DNA of 64,000 bases from Armatimonadota bacterium (GTDB lineage Bacteria > Armatimonadota > SYMT01): NCBI GenBank assembly GCA_041690135.1, contig JAWLHY010000001.1, forward strand, positions 384,001 to 448,000, given 5' to 3'. Both the position numbers and the translations under genes were made by a program. A model generated the notes under the pieces. That model was not told the DNA's origin. It saw nothing but the letters and a program-made list of their open reading frames with translations, and did no database searches. This document shows, in pieces, positions 1-9,780 of the stretch (its first letter is position 1; the number at the start of each line of letters is the position of its first letter).

Positions 1-124
1 TTTGTGTAGTTCTGTGTAGCAAGCAGCCAGGGGTTTTGTGTATTGTGCGCATATTGTGCTTAGGGTTGGCCCCTTTCGGCGGCGCAGGTCCGACCCATCT
101 GGCAAGCCTTCGAAAGCAGCACTT

Positions 125-313
125 GTAGGGAGCGTCTTGTACACCCGGCGAAGCATAGGGCCGTAGCGTTCCGCTGTCCTGGGGCCGATCCCGTCTTGCC
201 AACTCGTAGCCGTCCTGGCTTTGGACTGGTTCGGTTTGGCACAACCGGATCAGCTTCGTTGACTGCGGAATGGAACGGCCCTATCTCCGCCGGGTGTACT
301 TCGCATTCCCTAC
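125..313. repeat. REPIN/MITE-like long imperfect palindrome with GTAGGGA...TCCCTAC ends
   Basis: Paired arms GTACACCCGGCG/CGCCGGGTGTAC and ATAGGGCCGT/ACGGCCCTAT; related sequence recurs at 21158-21422. Confidence 0.7.
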
Positions 314-390
314 CTTCCGGGGCACCCAGGGCTAGGAGTCTCGCCCGCCACAGTCGGTAACAAATGACCTGCTTGCCGCGCAGGGTCCGT

Positions 391-819
391 TCAGGCCGCC
401 GCCTCCTGCTCGATCGCCTCCTTGATCTCATCGGCAGCCTTTTCCATTTCCTTCTCCGCCGGGCCCTGCAGCAAGCGGCTCATCAGGCCGGAGATCATCC
501 CTTCGGGCTGGTAGGTGCCGAAGTACTCGACCCGAGTCCGGCCGTCGCCCAGGTCCTCGAACCGGATCTCGTCCGTGAACTCCGGACCGGTAACGCTGCG
601 CCACACCAGCAGCCGGTTCTCCTCGCGCCGGCAAAGCTCCACCTCGCTCTCGACGCGCATGCCTCCCACTTCCATCACCCAGTGGCTCGTGTTCTCGCCG
701 GTCCGCTCCACCGACTTCACCTGTTCCAGCGTCCGCGCCAGAAACTCATAATCCAGCACCTTCCGGAACACCGTTTCCACCGGCGCGTTGATCACTGCCG
801 TGTGCTTGAACTCCGCCAT
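391..819 (-). CDS. SRPBCC (START/polyketide cyclase-like) family protein, 142 aa
   Basis: MAEFKHTAVINAPVETVF...SHWVMEVGGMRVESEVE...LLVWRSVTG pattern; GGAGGAG RBS before ATG 819. Confidence 0.85.
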   Translation of the reverse strand: MAEFKHTAVINAPVETVFRKVLDYEFLARTLEQVKSVERTGENTSHWVMEVGGMRVESEVELCRREENRLLVWRSVTGPEFTDEIRFEDLGDGRTRVEYFGTYQPEGMISGLMSRLLQGPAEKEMEKAADEIKEAIEQEAAA

Positions 820-1143
820 CTCTCCTCCCTCCCGGCCGGCGCCCGGCTCCCGTGGTATGGGGGATGCCTGTCGGGCCGACAGGAGGACTTTCCCGAAGAA
901 TCCGGATGCCGAAACGGCAGCCCGGCTCCGCAGCGATGGAGCGGGAATCACCGCGCAGGCAATGTACAATGGTGTGTCGTTCCCAGGAGCCGCCCATCCC
1001 ATGCCCATCCGGTTCTCCCAAACCCCCACACCTCCATACTTCCCTACCGTGCTGCCGAGACTCCACGGAAGCCACCGATTCCCCCAAACCTCCACACTTC
1101 CATACTCCGCCACCTCCCTACCGACCCTGGAAGGAAGTCAACC

Positions 1144-4100
1144 GTGACCTCTCCGCTCGGTCCCAAGAACACGGCGCAATCGGTGCCGGAAGCCATCGCC
1201 GGGTTCCATCCGCCCGTGCAGAGCTGGTTTACCAGCTCCTTTCACGCTCCCACCCGGGCGCAGGAGTTGGCGTGGCCGAACATCCAGTCCGGCCGATCCA
1301 CCCTGATCCTGGCGCCCACCGGGTCCGGCAAGACGCTCGCCGCCTTCCTGGCCGCCATCGACCGGATCATGTTCGAGCCGGTGCCCGACCCGAAGCACCG
1401 CTGCCGGGTGCTCTACATCTCACCGCTCAAGGCGCTGGCGGTCGACGTGGAGCGGAACCTGCGGGCGCCGCTGGTGGGGGTATCGCGGTATGCGGAGCGG
1501 ATGGGGCACCCGTTCCACTCGCCGGAGGTGGCGATCCGCACGGGCGACACGCCGAGCCGGGAGCGGGCGCAGTTCAACCGCCACCCGGCGGATGTCCTGA
1601 TCACCACGCCCGAGTCGCTCTACCTGATGCTGACCAGCAGCGCGCGCGAGGCGCTGCGGTCGGTCCAGTGGGTCATCCTGGACGAGATCCACGCGATGGT
1701 GGGGACGAAGCGCGGCGCCCATCTCGCGCTCTCGCTGGAACGGTTGGAGGAACTGGTAGAGCGACCGCTCCAGCGGATCGGCCTTTCGGCGACGGTTCGC
1801 CCCGTCGATGAAGCGGCGCGGTTCCTGGGCGGCTTTATGCCGGATGCGGAGACGGGACAACTCCTCCCGCGCCCTGTGGTCATCGCGGACGCCGGAAGGG
1901 CCAAGCAGCTCGACCTGCGGGTGGAGGTCGCCGTGGAGGACATGGCGCGCCTGGGTCAGGTGATCGAGATCCCCAGCGGCAACGCCTCCCAGGGGGAGGT
2001 GCGGTCCAGCATTTGGCCCGCCATCCACCCCCTGATCCTGGACCAGATCCGCGCGCACCGGTCCACCCTCATCTTCGTCAACAGCCGCCGTCTCGCGGAG
2101 CGGTTGGCCGCCGCGCTCAATGAGCTGGCGGGCGAGGAGATTGTGCGGGCGCACCACGGCTCCATCGCGCGGGAGCAGCGCGTGGCAATCGAGGACGACC
2201 TGAAAGCGGGACGTCTTCCAGCCCTGGTGGCCACCTCCTCCCTGGAGCTGGGGATCGATATGGGCGCCATCGACCTCGTGATCCAGGTCGAGGCGCCGCC
2301 CAGCGTGGCGAGCGGCATCCAGCGGATCGGGCGCGCCGGGCACCAATTGGGGGCGGCGAGCGAGGGGGTGATCATCCCCAAGTTCCGCGGCGACCTCCTG
2401 GCCTGTGCCGCCCTGACGGAGCGGATGCAGCAAGGTCTCGTGGAGTCCGTGCGCTACCCGCGCAATGCCCTCGACGTGCTGGCGCAGCAACTGGTCGGGA
2501 TGATCTCCCTGGACGAGTGGCGCGTCGACGACCTGGAGCAGGTGGTCCGGCGGGCGGCCCCGTACTCCGAGATGCCCCGCTCCATGCTGGAGGGCGTGCT
2601 CGACATGCTCTCCGGGCGCTATCCCTCGGACGAGTTCGCGGAGCTGCGACCGCGCGTCACCTGGGACCGCCTGGCCAGGGTGGTCCGCTCGCGCGAAGGG
2701 GCCAAGCGTGTGGCCATCACCAACAGCGGCACCATTCCCGACCGCGGCCTCTACGGCGTCTTCCTCACCGCGGGTGCGGAGGATAGCCGCCGCTCGCTCC
2801 GGGTGGGCGAGCTGGACGAGGAGATGGTGTTCGAGAGCCATCCGGGCGACGTTTTCATCCTCGGGGCCAGCACCTGGAAGATCGACTCGATCACGCACGA
2901 CCGCGTCCTCGTCTCTCCCGCACCCGGAGAGGTCGGACGGATGCCGTTCTGGAAGGGCGATGGACCCGGTCGGCCCCTGGAGTTCGGCCGGGCGATCGGC
3001 GCCCTGACCCGCCGCGTCCGCGAGATGCTCGCTCCCGCACCCGCTCCCACCGGCAGCCGGAAGAAGCGGACCGAGACGCCAATTCCGGCCACGATTCCCG
3101 AAGACGCGGTGAAGCTCCTGGTGGAACAGCACGCGCTCACCCCCGGCGCGGCCCGCAACCTCGTCCAGTACCTCCAGGACCAGCAGGAAGCGGCGGGTGC
3201 GCTCCCGGATGACCGGACGATCGTGGTAGAGCGTTACATGGACGAGATGGGCGACTGGCGGGTCTGCATCCTCAGCCCGTTCGGCAGCCGCGTTCACGCC
3301 CCCTGGGCCATGGCGATCGAGGCGATGGTCCGCGAGCGCAGCGACGTGGAGATCGACCTGATGTGGACGGACGACGGCATCGTGGTCCGCTTTCCGGAGG
3401 CCGAGGAGCCGCCGCCGGTGGAGTGGGTCATCCCCGACCCGGACGAGGTAGAGGACCTGGTCGTCCGCCAGCTCGGCATGACCGCCCTGTTCGCAGGGCG
3501 GTTCCGGGAGTCCGCGGCGCGCGCCCTGCTCTTGCCGCGGAAGCACCCCGGCCGGCGGGCGCCGCTGTGGCAGCAGCGGAAGCGGGCCGCGGATCTCCTC
3601 AACGTGGCGGGGGAGTACGGCTCGTTCCCCATCATCCTGGAAACCTACCGCGAGTGCCTGCAGGACGTCTTCGACATGCCGGCGCTGGTGGGCCTGCTGC
3701 GGGAGGTCCAGCAGCGGACGGTCCGCACGGTGGCGGTCACCACCCGGGTGCCGTCGCCCTTCGCCTCCACGCTCCTGTTCAACTACGTCGCCAACTTCAT
3801 CTACGAAGGCGACGCCCCCCTGGCCGAGCGCCGGGCTCAGGCGCTGATGGTGGACCAGAGCCAGCTCCGGGAACTGCTGGGGGAGATCGAGCTGCGGGAA
3901 CTGCTCGATCCCGACGCACTGGAGACCCTGGAACTGGAACTGCAGCTCCTCGCCGAAGGGCGGCGCGCGAAGCACGCGGACGGCCTGCACGACCTCCTCC
4001 TGCGCCTGGGCGATCTCACGCGGGAGGAGGTCCAGGCCCGCTGCGCGGCCGACCCGCCCACGGTGGATGGCTGGCTGCAAGAGCTGGAGCGGGTGCGACG

Positions 4101-5853
4101 GATCATCCGTCTCCCCATGGCCGGGGAAGAGCGGTACGTGGCCGCCGAGGACGCGGGCCGGTACCGGGATGCCCTGGGCATTCCGCCGCCGATCGGGCTG
4201 CCGCATGCCTTCCTCGAGTTCGCACGGGACCCGGTTGGCGACCTGGTGGCGCGCTACGCCCGCACCCACGGTCCCTTCCAGACGGAAGACCTGGCCCGGC
4301 GCCTGGGGCTGGGGATCGGCCCGGCGCAAATGGCCCTGGCGGCGCTGGAAACCGCGGGAAAGGTCCTGCAGGGAGAGTTCCGGCCGGGAGGGTCGGGGCG
4401 GGAGTGGTGCGAGACCGGAGTCCTCCGCACGCTCCGCCAGCGTTCCCTGGCCCGGCTGCGGCAGGAAGTGGAGCCGGTGGATGCCCCCGCCCTGGCCCGC
4501 CTCTACACCGCCTGGCACGGGATTCGGAGCCGACGGCGCGGGCCCGAGGCGCTGCTGGAAGTCGTCGAGCAACTCCAGGGTGCGGCGCTGCCCGCCTCGG
4601 ACCTGGAGAGCCGGATCCTGCCCGCGCGTTTGGCGGAGTACGACCCGCGAGAGCTGGACGAGTTGACGGCCTCCGGCGCCGTCCTGTGGGTGGGGCAGGA
4701 GCCGCTCGGCGAACACGATGGCCGCATCAGCCTCTACCTCACGGAACACGCCGCCCTGCTGCTGCCGGAACGCAAGGAAGTGCCGGACGACCCCGTGCAC
4801 CGGAAGATTCGAGATCATCTGAGCGCTCGCGGCGCCACGTTCTTCGCGCAGATCCTCCAGGCGTGCGGCGGCATGCAGCAGGAAGTGATCGCGGCGCTGT
4901 GGGACCTGGTCTGGGCGGGCGTGGTCACTAACGACACGCTGCAGCCCCTCCGCGCCTTCGCCAGCCCCCGGCGCCGCGCTGCCCGCCGGCTCTCCGGCTA
5001 TCGCGGTCGCGGGCTGGGCACGCGGGCCCTGTTCCCGGCGGAGACCTCCGGTCGGTGGTCGTTGGTCGATAGCTTCCTCTACACCCAACCCAGCCGGACG
5101 GAACGCCTGGCCGCCTATACCCGGCAACTTCTTGACCGGCATGGGGTGCTGACCCGCGAGGCCGCGCACCACGAGGGGATCTCTGGTGGCTTTACGGCCA
5201 TCTATCCGGTCCTGAAGGCGATGGAAGAATCGGGCTCGATCCGGCGCGGCTACTTTGTCTCCGGCTGCGGGGCCACCCAGTTCGCGTTGCCGGGTGCCGT
5301 GGAGCGGCTCCGGGCCCTCCGCCAACCGGGCAGCGAGCGGGAAGACCGGACCGTCCCCCTCACCATACTACTGGGGGCTACCGACCCGGCCAACCCCTAC
5401 GGCGCCGCTCTTCCCTGGCCCCGTCCCGGAGCGCGGGAAGCGGGAGGCCCGCCTGGTGAGAGACAGGCCGGTTCCGAAGCGGGGACCACGGAACCGCAAC
5501 CGACACTATCTAAGGGAAGAGGGAAAGGGACGGATCGCGACGCCCCGGTATCCCGCCGTCCGGCGCGCGCGGCTGGCGCCACGGTGGTGCTGGTAGACGG
5601 CTCTCTGGCCGCCTGGATGGGCCGGGGCGAGCGGAACCTGGTGACGTTCCTGGACCAGGTTCCGGAGTGGGAGCCGGAAGATGTGGCGCTCGAGATCGCT
5701 CGCTGCATGGCGGAGGAAGTTGCCCAGGGCCGGAGGCGCGCCATCTTCATACGGGAGGTGGACGGCCGTCCCGCCCAGGCTACGCCCATGGCCGCGGCGC
5801 TGGTCGCCGAGGGCTTCACCTTCGGACCCCACGGTTATATGAAACGGCTGTGA
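1144..5853 (+). CDS. lhr: Lhr ATP-dependent SF2 helicase, long form with C-terminal AlkZ/winged-helix-like region
   Basis: APTGSGKT, DEIH, SAT, HHGS, ATSSLELGID and QRIGRAGH motifs; GTIPDRGLY and GELDEEMVFES Lhr signatures; GTG 1144 follows GGAAGG. Confidence 0.95.
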   Translation: MTSPLGPKNTAQSVPEAIAGFHPPVQSWFTSSFHAPTRAQELAWPNIQSGRSTLILAPTGSGKTLAAFLAAIDRIMFEPVPDPKHRCRVLYISPLKALAVDVERNLRAPLVGVSRYAERMGHPFHSPEVAIRTGDTPSRERAQFNRHPADVLITTPESLYLMLTSSAREALRSVQWVILDEIHAMVGTKRGAHLALSLERLEELVERPLQRIGLSATVRPVDEAARFLGGFMPDAETGQLLPRPVVIADAGRAKQLDLRVEVAVEDMARLGQVIEIPSGNASQGEVRSSIWPAIHPLILDQIRAHRSTLIFVNSRRLAERLAAALNELAGEEIVRAHHGSIAREQRVAIEDDLKAGRLPALVATSSLELGIDMGAIDLVIQVEAPPSVASGIQRIGRAGHQLGAASEGVIIPKFRGDLLACAALTERMQQGLVESVRYPRNALDVLAQQLVGMISLDEWRVDDLEQVVRRAAPYSEMPRSMLEGVLDMLSGRYPSDEFAELRPRVTWDRLARVVRSREGAKRVAITNSGTIPDRGLYGVFLTAGAEDSRRSLRVGELDEEMVFESHPGDVFILGASTWKIDSITHDRVLVSPAPGEVGRMPFWKGDGPGRPLEFGRAIGALTRRVREMLAPAPAPTGSRKKRTETPIPATIPEDAVKLLVEQHALTPGAARNLVQYLQDQQEAAGALPDDRTIVVERYMDEMGDWRVCILSPFGSRVHAPWAMAIEAMVRERSDVEIDLMWTDDGIVVRFPEAEEPPPVEWVIPDPDEVEDLVVRQLGMTALFAGRFRESAARALLLPRKHPGRRAPLWQQRKRAADLLNVAGEYGSFPIILETYRECLQDVFDMPALVGLLREVQQRTVRTVAVTTRVPSPFASTLLFNYVANFIYEGDAPLAERRAQALMVDQSQLRELLGEIELRELLDPDALETLELELQLLAEGRRAKHADGLHDLLLRLGDLTREEVQARCAADPPTVDGWLQELERVRRIIRLPMAGEERYVAAEDAGRYRDALGIPPPIGLPHAFLEFARDPVGDLVARYARTHGPFQTEDLARRLGLGIGPAQMALAALETAGKVLQGEFRPGGSGREWCETGVLRTLRQRSLARLRQEVEPVDAPALARLYTAWHGIRSRRRGPEALLEVVEQLQGAALPASDLESRILPARLAEYDPRELDELTASGAVLWVGQEPLGEHDGRISLYLTEHAALLLPERKEVPDDPVHRKIRDHLSARGATFFAQILQACGGMQQEVIAALWDLVWAGVVTNDTLQPLRAFASPRRRAARRLSGYRGRGLGTRALFPAETSGRWSLVDSFLYTQPSRTERLAAYTRQLLDRHGVLTREAAHHEGISGGFTAIYPVLKAMEESGSIRRGYFVSGCGATQFALPGAVERLRALRQPGSEREDRTVPLTILLGATDPANPYGAALPWPRPGAREAGGPPGERQAGSEAGTTEPQPTLSKGRGKGTDRDAPVSRRPARAAGATVVLVDGSLAAWMGRGERNLVTFLDQVPEWEPEDVALEIARCMAEEVAQGRRRAIFIREVDGRPAQATPMAAALVAEGFTFGPHGYMKRL

Positions 5854-6038
5854 GGCAACTCACTGCATTGAATGCCGGTTCTTGCTAACCTCAGTTATCC
5901 TGCCCCTACCCCATCGCCCACCGCGGATTCGACCGACTGTACACTCGTCGGGCCGCGGCGGACCCACCGAGCCGGCGGTGCGGGAGCTCCATGGATCACC
6001 GGGTTCCCGCCCGTAAACTGCGGTGCCGAAAACCAACT

Positions 6039-9000
6039 ATGAATACGCAATCTTCCTTCCTTTCACTGGCTGTCCGTGCCGCGCGCGCCTGGGCGCTGCT
6101 GATCGCTGTCTTCGCGCTGGTCGGACTCGGCGTCCGCGCCGCGGGCGCCGGCACCGAGACGGAGTGGCCCGTTTTCGCCCCGACAGAACCCGTCTACACC
6201 TGGGAAGCTGGCCGGCGGCCGCGCCTCCCCGAGTCGACGAACCTGATACGGGCCTCCGAAGCTCGCACGCAGTACAACGTGAACGGCGCGGGTCTCACCG
6301 TGGCGGTCCTCGATACGGGGATCAACCCCACCCACCAGGACTTCACCGGTAAGATCGTCGAGCAGCACAACTACACCGCCGACAACGGCGGCGCCACGAA
6401 CAACGCGACCGACGGCGACGGCCACGGAACCAACGTGAGTGGGATCGTCGTCGCTAACGGGATCCACACCGGCATCGCGCCCGGCGCCAACATCGTGGCG
6501 ATGAAGATCCTGGACAACAGTGGGAACGGGAGTGGTCAGGCGCTTTTCAACGCACTCCAGTACCTCATTGCCAACCACTCCCGGTTGAACATCTCGGTGG
6601 TGAACCTGTCCCTGGGCACCTTTGAGAATTTGACCGCGGCGCCGGTGGGGGATGTGTTCCGGACCCAGATCACGCAACTCCGGAACGAGGGGGTGGCGGT
6701 CGTCGTTTCGGCCGGCAACCACTTCTACTCATTTAACAGCCAGCAGGGCATGTCGTGGCCGGCCATCATTCCGGAAACCGTGAGCGTGGGCGCCGTCTAC
6801 GACGCGAACATCGGCAACGGTTTCACCTACGGTTCGGGCGCCGTGGCCAATACTACCGGGCCGGACCGGCTCTGCCCCTTCTCACAGCGCCTGCACGTTA
6901 CCACCAACGGCTCCACGGCCACCGACATCTTCGCTCCGGGCGCGGCGCTGACTTCGACGGGGCACACCAGCAACACCGCCTCCTCGATCATGCACGGCAC
7001 CAGCCAGGCCGCCCCGGTTACGGCCGGCGCTATTCTGCTGATGCAGCAATACTACCTGCGTCGCACCGGCACGCTGCCTTCGGTGGACGACCTGGAGAGC
7101 TGGCTCTGGGCCGGCGCGGTGTCGGTGAACGACGGGGACGACGAAAACGATAACGTCACCAACACCGGCCTGGACTTCGACCGGCTTGACGTGCTGGCCT
7201 CCCTACAGGAGATAGACGCGGAGTTGGGCGGCGACCTGAGCATCTCCGGCCGGATCACGAATGGGGCTACCGGGGTCAGCGGCGTCACCGTTTCCGCGGG
7301 CGGGGTCCAGGCGACCACCGACGCCAACGGTAACTACACCCTCAGCGGCCTGATGGATGGTGATTACTCGGTCGTGCCGAGCAAGACCGGCTGCACCTTC
7401 AACCCGCTCAGCCGCCCCGTGGCACTGGACGGCAGCAGCGTCTCGGGGATCGACTTTTCGCTGGTGACCTACTCCATCCGGGGCACGGTGCGCATTGGTG
7501 AGACCCCTCTCTCCGGCGTGACCATCACCGGCGCCAACCAGGTAGTGTCCACCACCGCGAGCGGCGAGTACACCCTGTCCGGGCTGACCGGCGGCAACTA
7601 CACGGTAACCCCGTCCAAGACGGAATACACCTTCACGCCGTCCAGCCGGAACGTGCTGGTCACCAACGCCGACGTCAATTCCCAGGACTTCGCGGCGACG
7701 CTGATCACCTATTCGATCAGCGGCACGATCACGCGGAACGGGCAACCGGTCGCGAATGCGGTCGTATCCCTGACGGGTGGAACGGCCAGTACGGATATCA
7801 CGGATGCCGTGGGGGCCTACAGCTTCGACGGCTTGCCGGCGGGTAACTATACGATCACTCCGTCCAAAGCGAACCACACCTTTACTCCGCTGAACCGGTC
7901 GGTGACGGTCGGACCCAGCGCGACCCAGCGTGACTTCACGGCCACGGCCGCCTACTCCATCAGCGGCACGATCCTGGAAGGCATGAACCCCCTGTCGGGT
8001 GTCGAAGTCAACGGGGGCGGCAAGACGGCTATCACGAATGCGAGCGGCGTCTACACCCTCACCGGGGTGGTGCCCGGCACGCATACCATCACCCCGGAAA
8101 AGGATAGTTACGGCTTCACCCCGGTCAACCGGACCGTGATCGTGGACGAGGCGGACCTGACGGGGGTCGACTTCCAGGGGTCCTTCCAGACCTTCTCTCT
8201 GGGCGGTACCCTCACGCTGAATGGTGTTGCCGTGGCAGGCGCGCAGGTCGCTCTCAACACCGGCGCGACGACCACCACGAATGCGGAAGGGACCTACCTG
8301 TTCACGGGTCTCGCGGGCGGCGATTATACCGTAACGCCCACGAAGGCGGAGCATACGTTCACTCCGGCTTCACGTCCGGTGGAGTTGAACAGCGCCGATA
8401 ACCTGGCGGTGAACTTCACCGCGGCGCTGAACACCTACTCCGTTAGCGGCACCGTGCTCGCGAGCGGACAGCCCGTGTCGGGAGTAACGGTCACCGCGGG
8501 CGACCACACCGCGACCACGGCCTCCAACGGCACCTACACACTCACCGGCCTCACCGCGGGTACCTACACGGTGACCCCGGCCCGGCTCGGGTACGTGTTC
8601 ACGCCGGAGGATACGGAGGTCACGGTTGGTCCCAGCCAGCTCGGCATCGACTTCAGCGGCACGGCCGTCCTCACGCTCAGCGGCCGGATCACGGAGAACG
8701 GAGCGGGGCTGGAAGGCGTTACCGTGACGGCGGGCGCCCTCACCACCACCACCAACTCCGAGGGGATCTACGCCTTCAACAACGTGACCCGCGGCACCTA
8801 CACCGTGGTCCCCACGCTCGAAGGCTATGTCTTCTCCCCGGCGCAGAAGCGGGTCAAGATCGTGAAGAAGAGCGTCGCGAACGCCAACTTCACGGGCGCG
8901 GTCATCCCGGATCTCGTCGACTTCACGTTGAAGGCAAGCACCGTCAAGGGGAAGCGACCGGCCCTCGGCACCCTGCTCCTCTCCAGCAAGGCGCCGGCCA

Positions 9001-9188
9001 CGATGACGATCACCCTCTCCTCGAACAACCCGGCGGCGAAGGTTCCGAAGGTCGTCAAGATCGCTAAGAACAAGACGAGCGCAAAGGTCTCCATCAAGAC
9101 CCTGCGAGTCAAGTCGCCCACCGTGGTGACGGTTACCGCCACGCTGGACGGGATCTCCAAGCAGGTGGAGCTGACCATCACGCCGTAA
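6039..9188 (+). CDS. Secreted S8 (subtilisin-like) serine peptidase with 7 carboxypeptidase-regulatory-like beta repeats and a Lys-rich C-terminal domain
   Basis: Signal peptide; triad VLDTG / HGTNVSG / GTSQAAP; seven ~80-aa YSISGT...G.YTL.GL..G.YTVTP.K..YTFTP repeats. Confidence 0.92.
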   Translation: MNTQSSFLSLAVRAARAWALLIAVFALVGLGVRAAGAGTETEWPVFAPTEPVYTWEAGRRPRLPESTNLIRASEARTQYNVNGAGLTVAVLDTGINPTHQDFTGKIVEQHNYTADNGGATNNATDGDGHGTNVSGIVVANGIHTGIAPGANIVAMKILDNSGNGSGQALFNALQYLIANHSRLNISVVNLSLGTFENLTAAPVGDVFRTQITQLRNEGVAVVVSAGNHFYSFNSQQGMSWPAIIPETVSVGAVYDANIGNGFTYGSGAVANTTGPDRLCPFSQRLHVTTNGSTATDIFAPGAALTSTGHTSNTASSIMHGTSQAAPVTAGAILLMQQYYLRRTGTLPSVDDLESWLWAGAVSVNDGDDENDNVTNTGLDFDRLDVLASLQEIDAELGGDLSISGRITNGATGVSGVTVSAGGVQATTDANGNYTLSGLMDGDYSVVPSKTGCTFNPLSRPVALDGSSVSGIDFSLVTYSIRGTVRIGETPLSGVTITGANQVVSTTASGEYTLSGLTGGNYTVTPSKTEYTFTPSSRNVLVTNADVNSQDFAATLITYSISGTITRNGQPVANAVVSLTGGTASTDITDAVGAYSFDGLPAGNYTITPSKANHTFTPLNRSVTVGPSATQRDFTATAAYSISGTILEGMNPLSGVEVNGGGKTAITNASGVYTLTGVVPGTHTITPEKDSYGFTPVNRTVIVDEADLTGVDFQGSFQTFSLGGTLTLNGVAVAGAQVALNTGATTTTNAEGTYLFTGLAGGDYTVTPTKAEHTFTPASRPVELNSADNLAVNFTAALNTYSVSGTVLASGQPVSGVTVTAGDHTATTASNGTYTLTGLTAGTYTVTPARLGYVFTPEDTEVTVGPSQLGIDFSGTAVLTLSGRITENGAGLEGVTVTAGALTTTTNSEGIYAFNNVTRGTYTVVPTLEGYVFSPAQKRVKIVKKSVANANFTGAVIPDLVDFTLKASTVKGKRPALGTLLLSSKAPATMTITLSSNNPAAKVPKVVKIAKNKTSAKVSIKTLRVKSPTVVTVTATLDGISKQVELTITP

Positions 9189-9217
9189 GGCCCAACTCGA
9201 CGTCCTACCGTCCGAAC

Positions 9218-9260
9218 AGAGCCCCGGAGTGCGGAACCTTCCGTACTCCGGGGCTCTTTT
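9218..9260 (+). terminator. Rho-independent terminator after the S8 peptidase
   Basis: AGAGCCCCGGAGTGCGGAA-CC-TTCCGTACTCCGGGGCTCT hairpin followed by T run. Confidence 0.85.
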
Positions 9261-9412
9261 GTGAGTGGGTCACCCACCCACAACCGGCGAGAACGGTAAA
9301 GGCCCCGGAAGGCGAAGAGCCGATACTCTTGAGGGCCTGGATCCTCTCTGGGTTCTCCAAAGAGCAATCGGGTCCATCCCCGGCGCATGCGTCGGGTGCC
9401 ACCAGGGCGTTG

Positions 9413-9752
9413 GAAGTCCCCGAGATATCGGGACCCTGCAGAAAGCCAATGGGTTACGCTCTGCCCCAGAACAGTACCGGCGAGAGTTCGAGATGAAGTT
9501 CGTTGCCGAGGTAGCCCTCGGACTCCGTGCAAAGTACAAGATGTTGTCTTGATAATCAGGATAGAATTCTGGTTCATGCCCGGAGTCCCCGAGATATCGG
9601 GGCATTGATTGGCCCCAAAGGGTTCCATCCCTCGCCGGAACGGCTGCCAGCGAGGATTTACGAATTAGCTCTTGCCGAGGTAGCCGTCGGACTCCGGGCA
9701 GGGTTCACGATGCTGTCCCGCGTTACCGGATAGAGCTCTGATCCGTCCCTGG
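9413..9752. repeat. Two tandem 169-bp units, each containing an inverted pair of 23-nt REP-like hairpins (BIME-like)
   Basis: AGTCCCCGAGATATCGGG at 9415 and 9584; TGCCGAGGTAGCC(C/G)TCGGACTCC at 9504 and 9673. Confidence 0.75.
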
Positions 9753-9780
9753 CGAATGCACGGCCGCTGCCCGTGCCCGA

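Noticed and set aside
364-1143. N-terminal 260 aa of the 1829-aa Lhr ORF
   Set aside because: It overlaps the antisense SRPBCC gene and a low-complexity repeat; Lhr homology starts only near GTG 1144
1420-5325. 1301-aa antisense ORF, and similar long shadows such as 33397-36564, 17961-20069, 27209-29098, 22518-24272 and 30304-32079
   Set aside because: Antisense shadows of GC3-biased real genes with no recognisable motifs
5960-6032. c-di-GMP-I (GEMM) riboswitch
   Set aside because: Only the terminal TGCCGAA resembles it; the GGCAAA, GAAA tetraloop and GACGCAAAG elements are absent
9265-9733. Two small paralogous peptides (SPRDIG...AEVAxGLRA) as real genes
   Set aside because: No RBS or start at equivalent positions, the unit period is 169 bp, and the central alignment improves with compensating 1-nt indels, which favours a non-coding repeat
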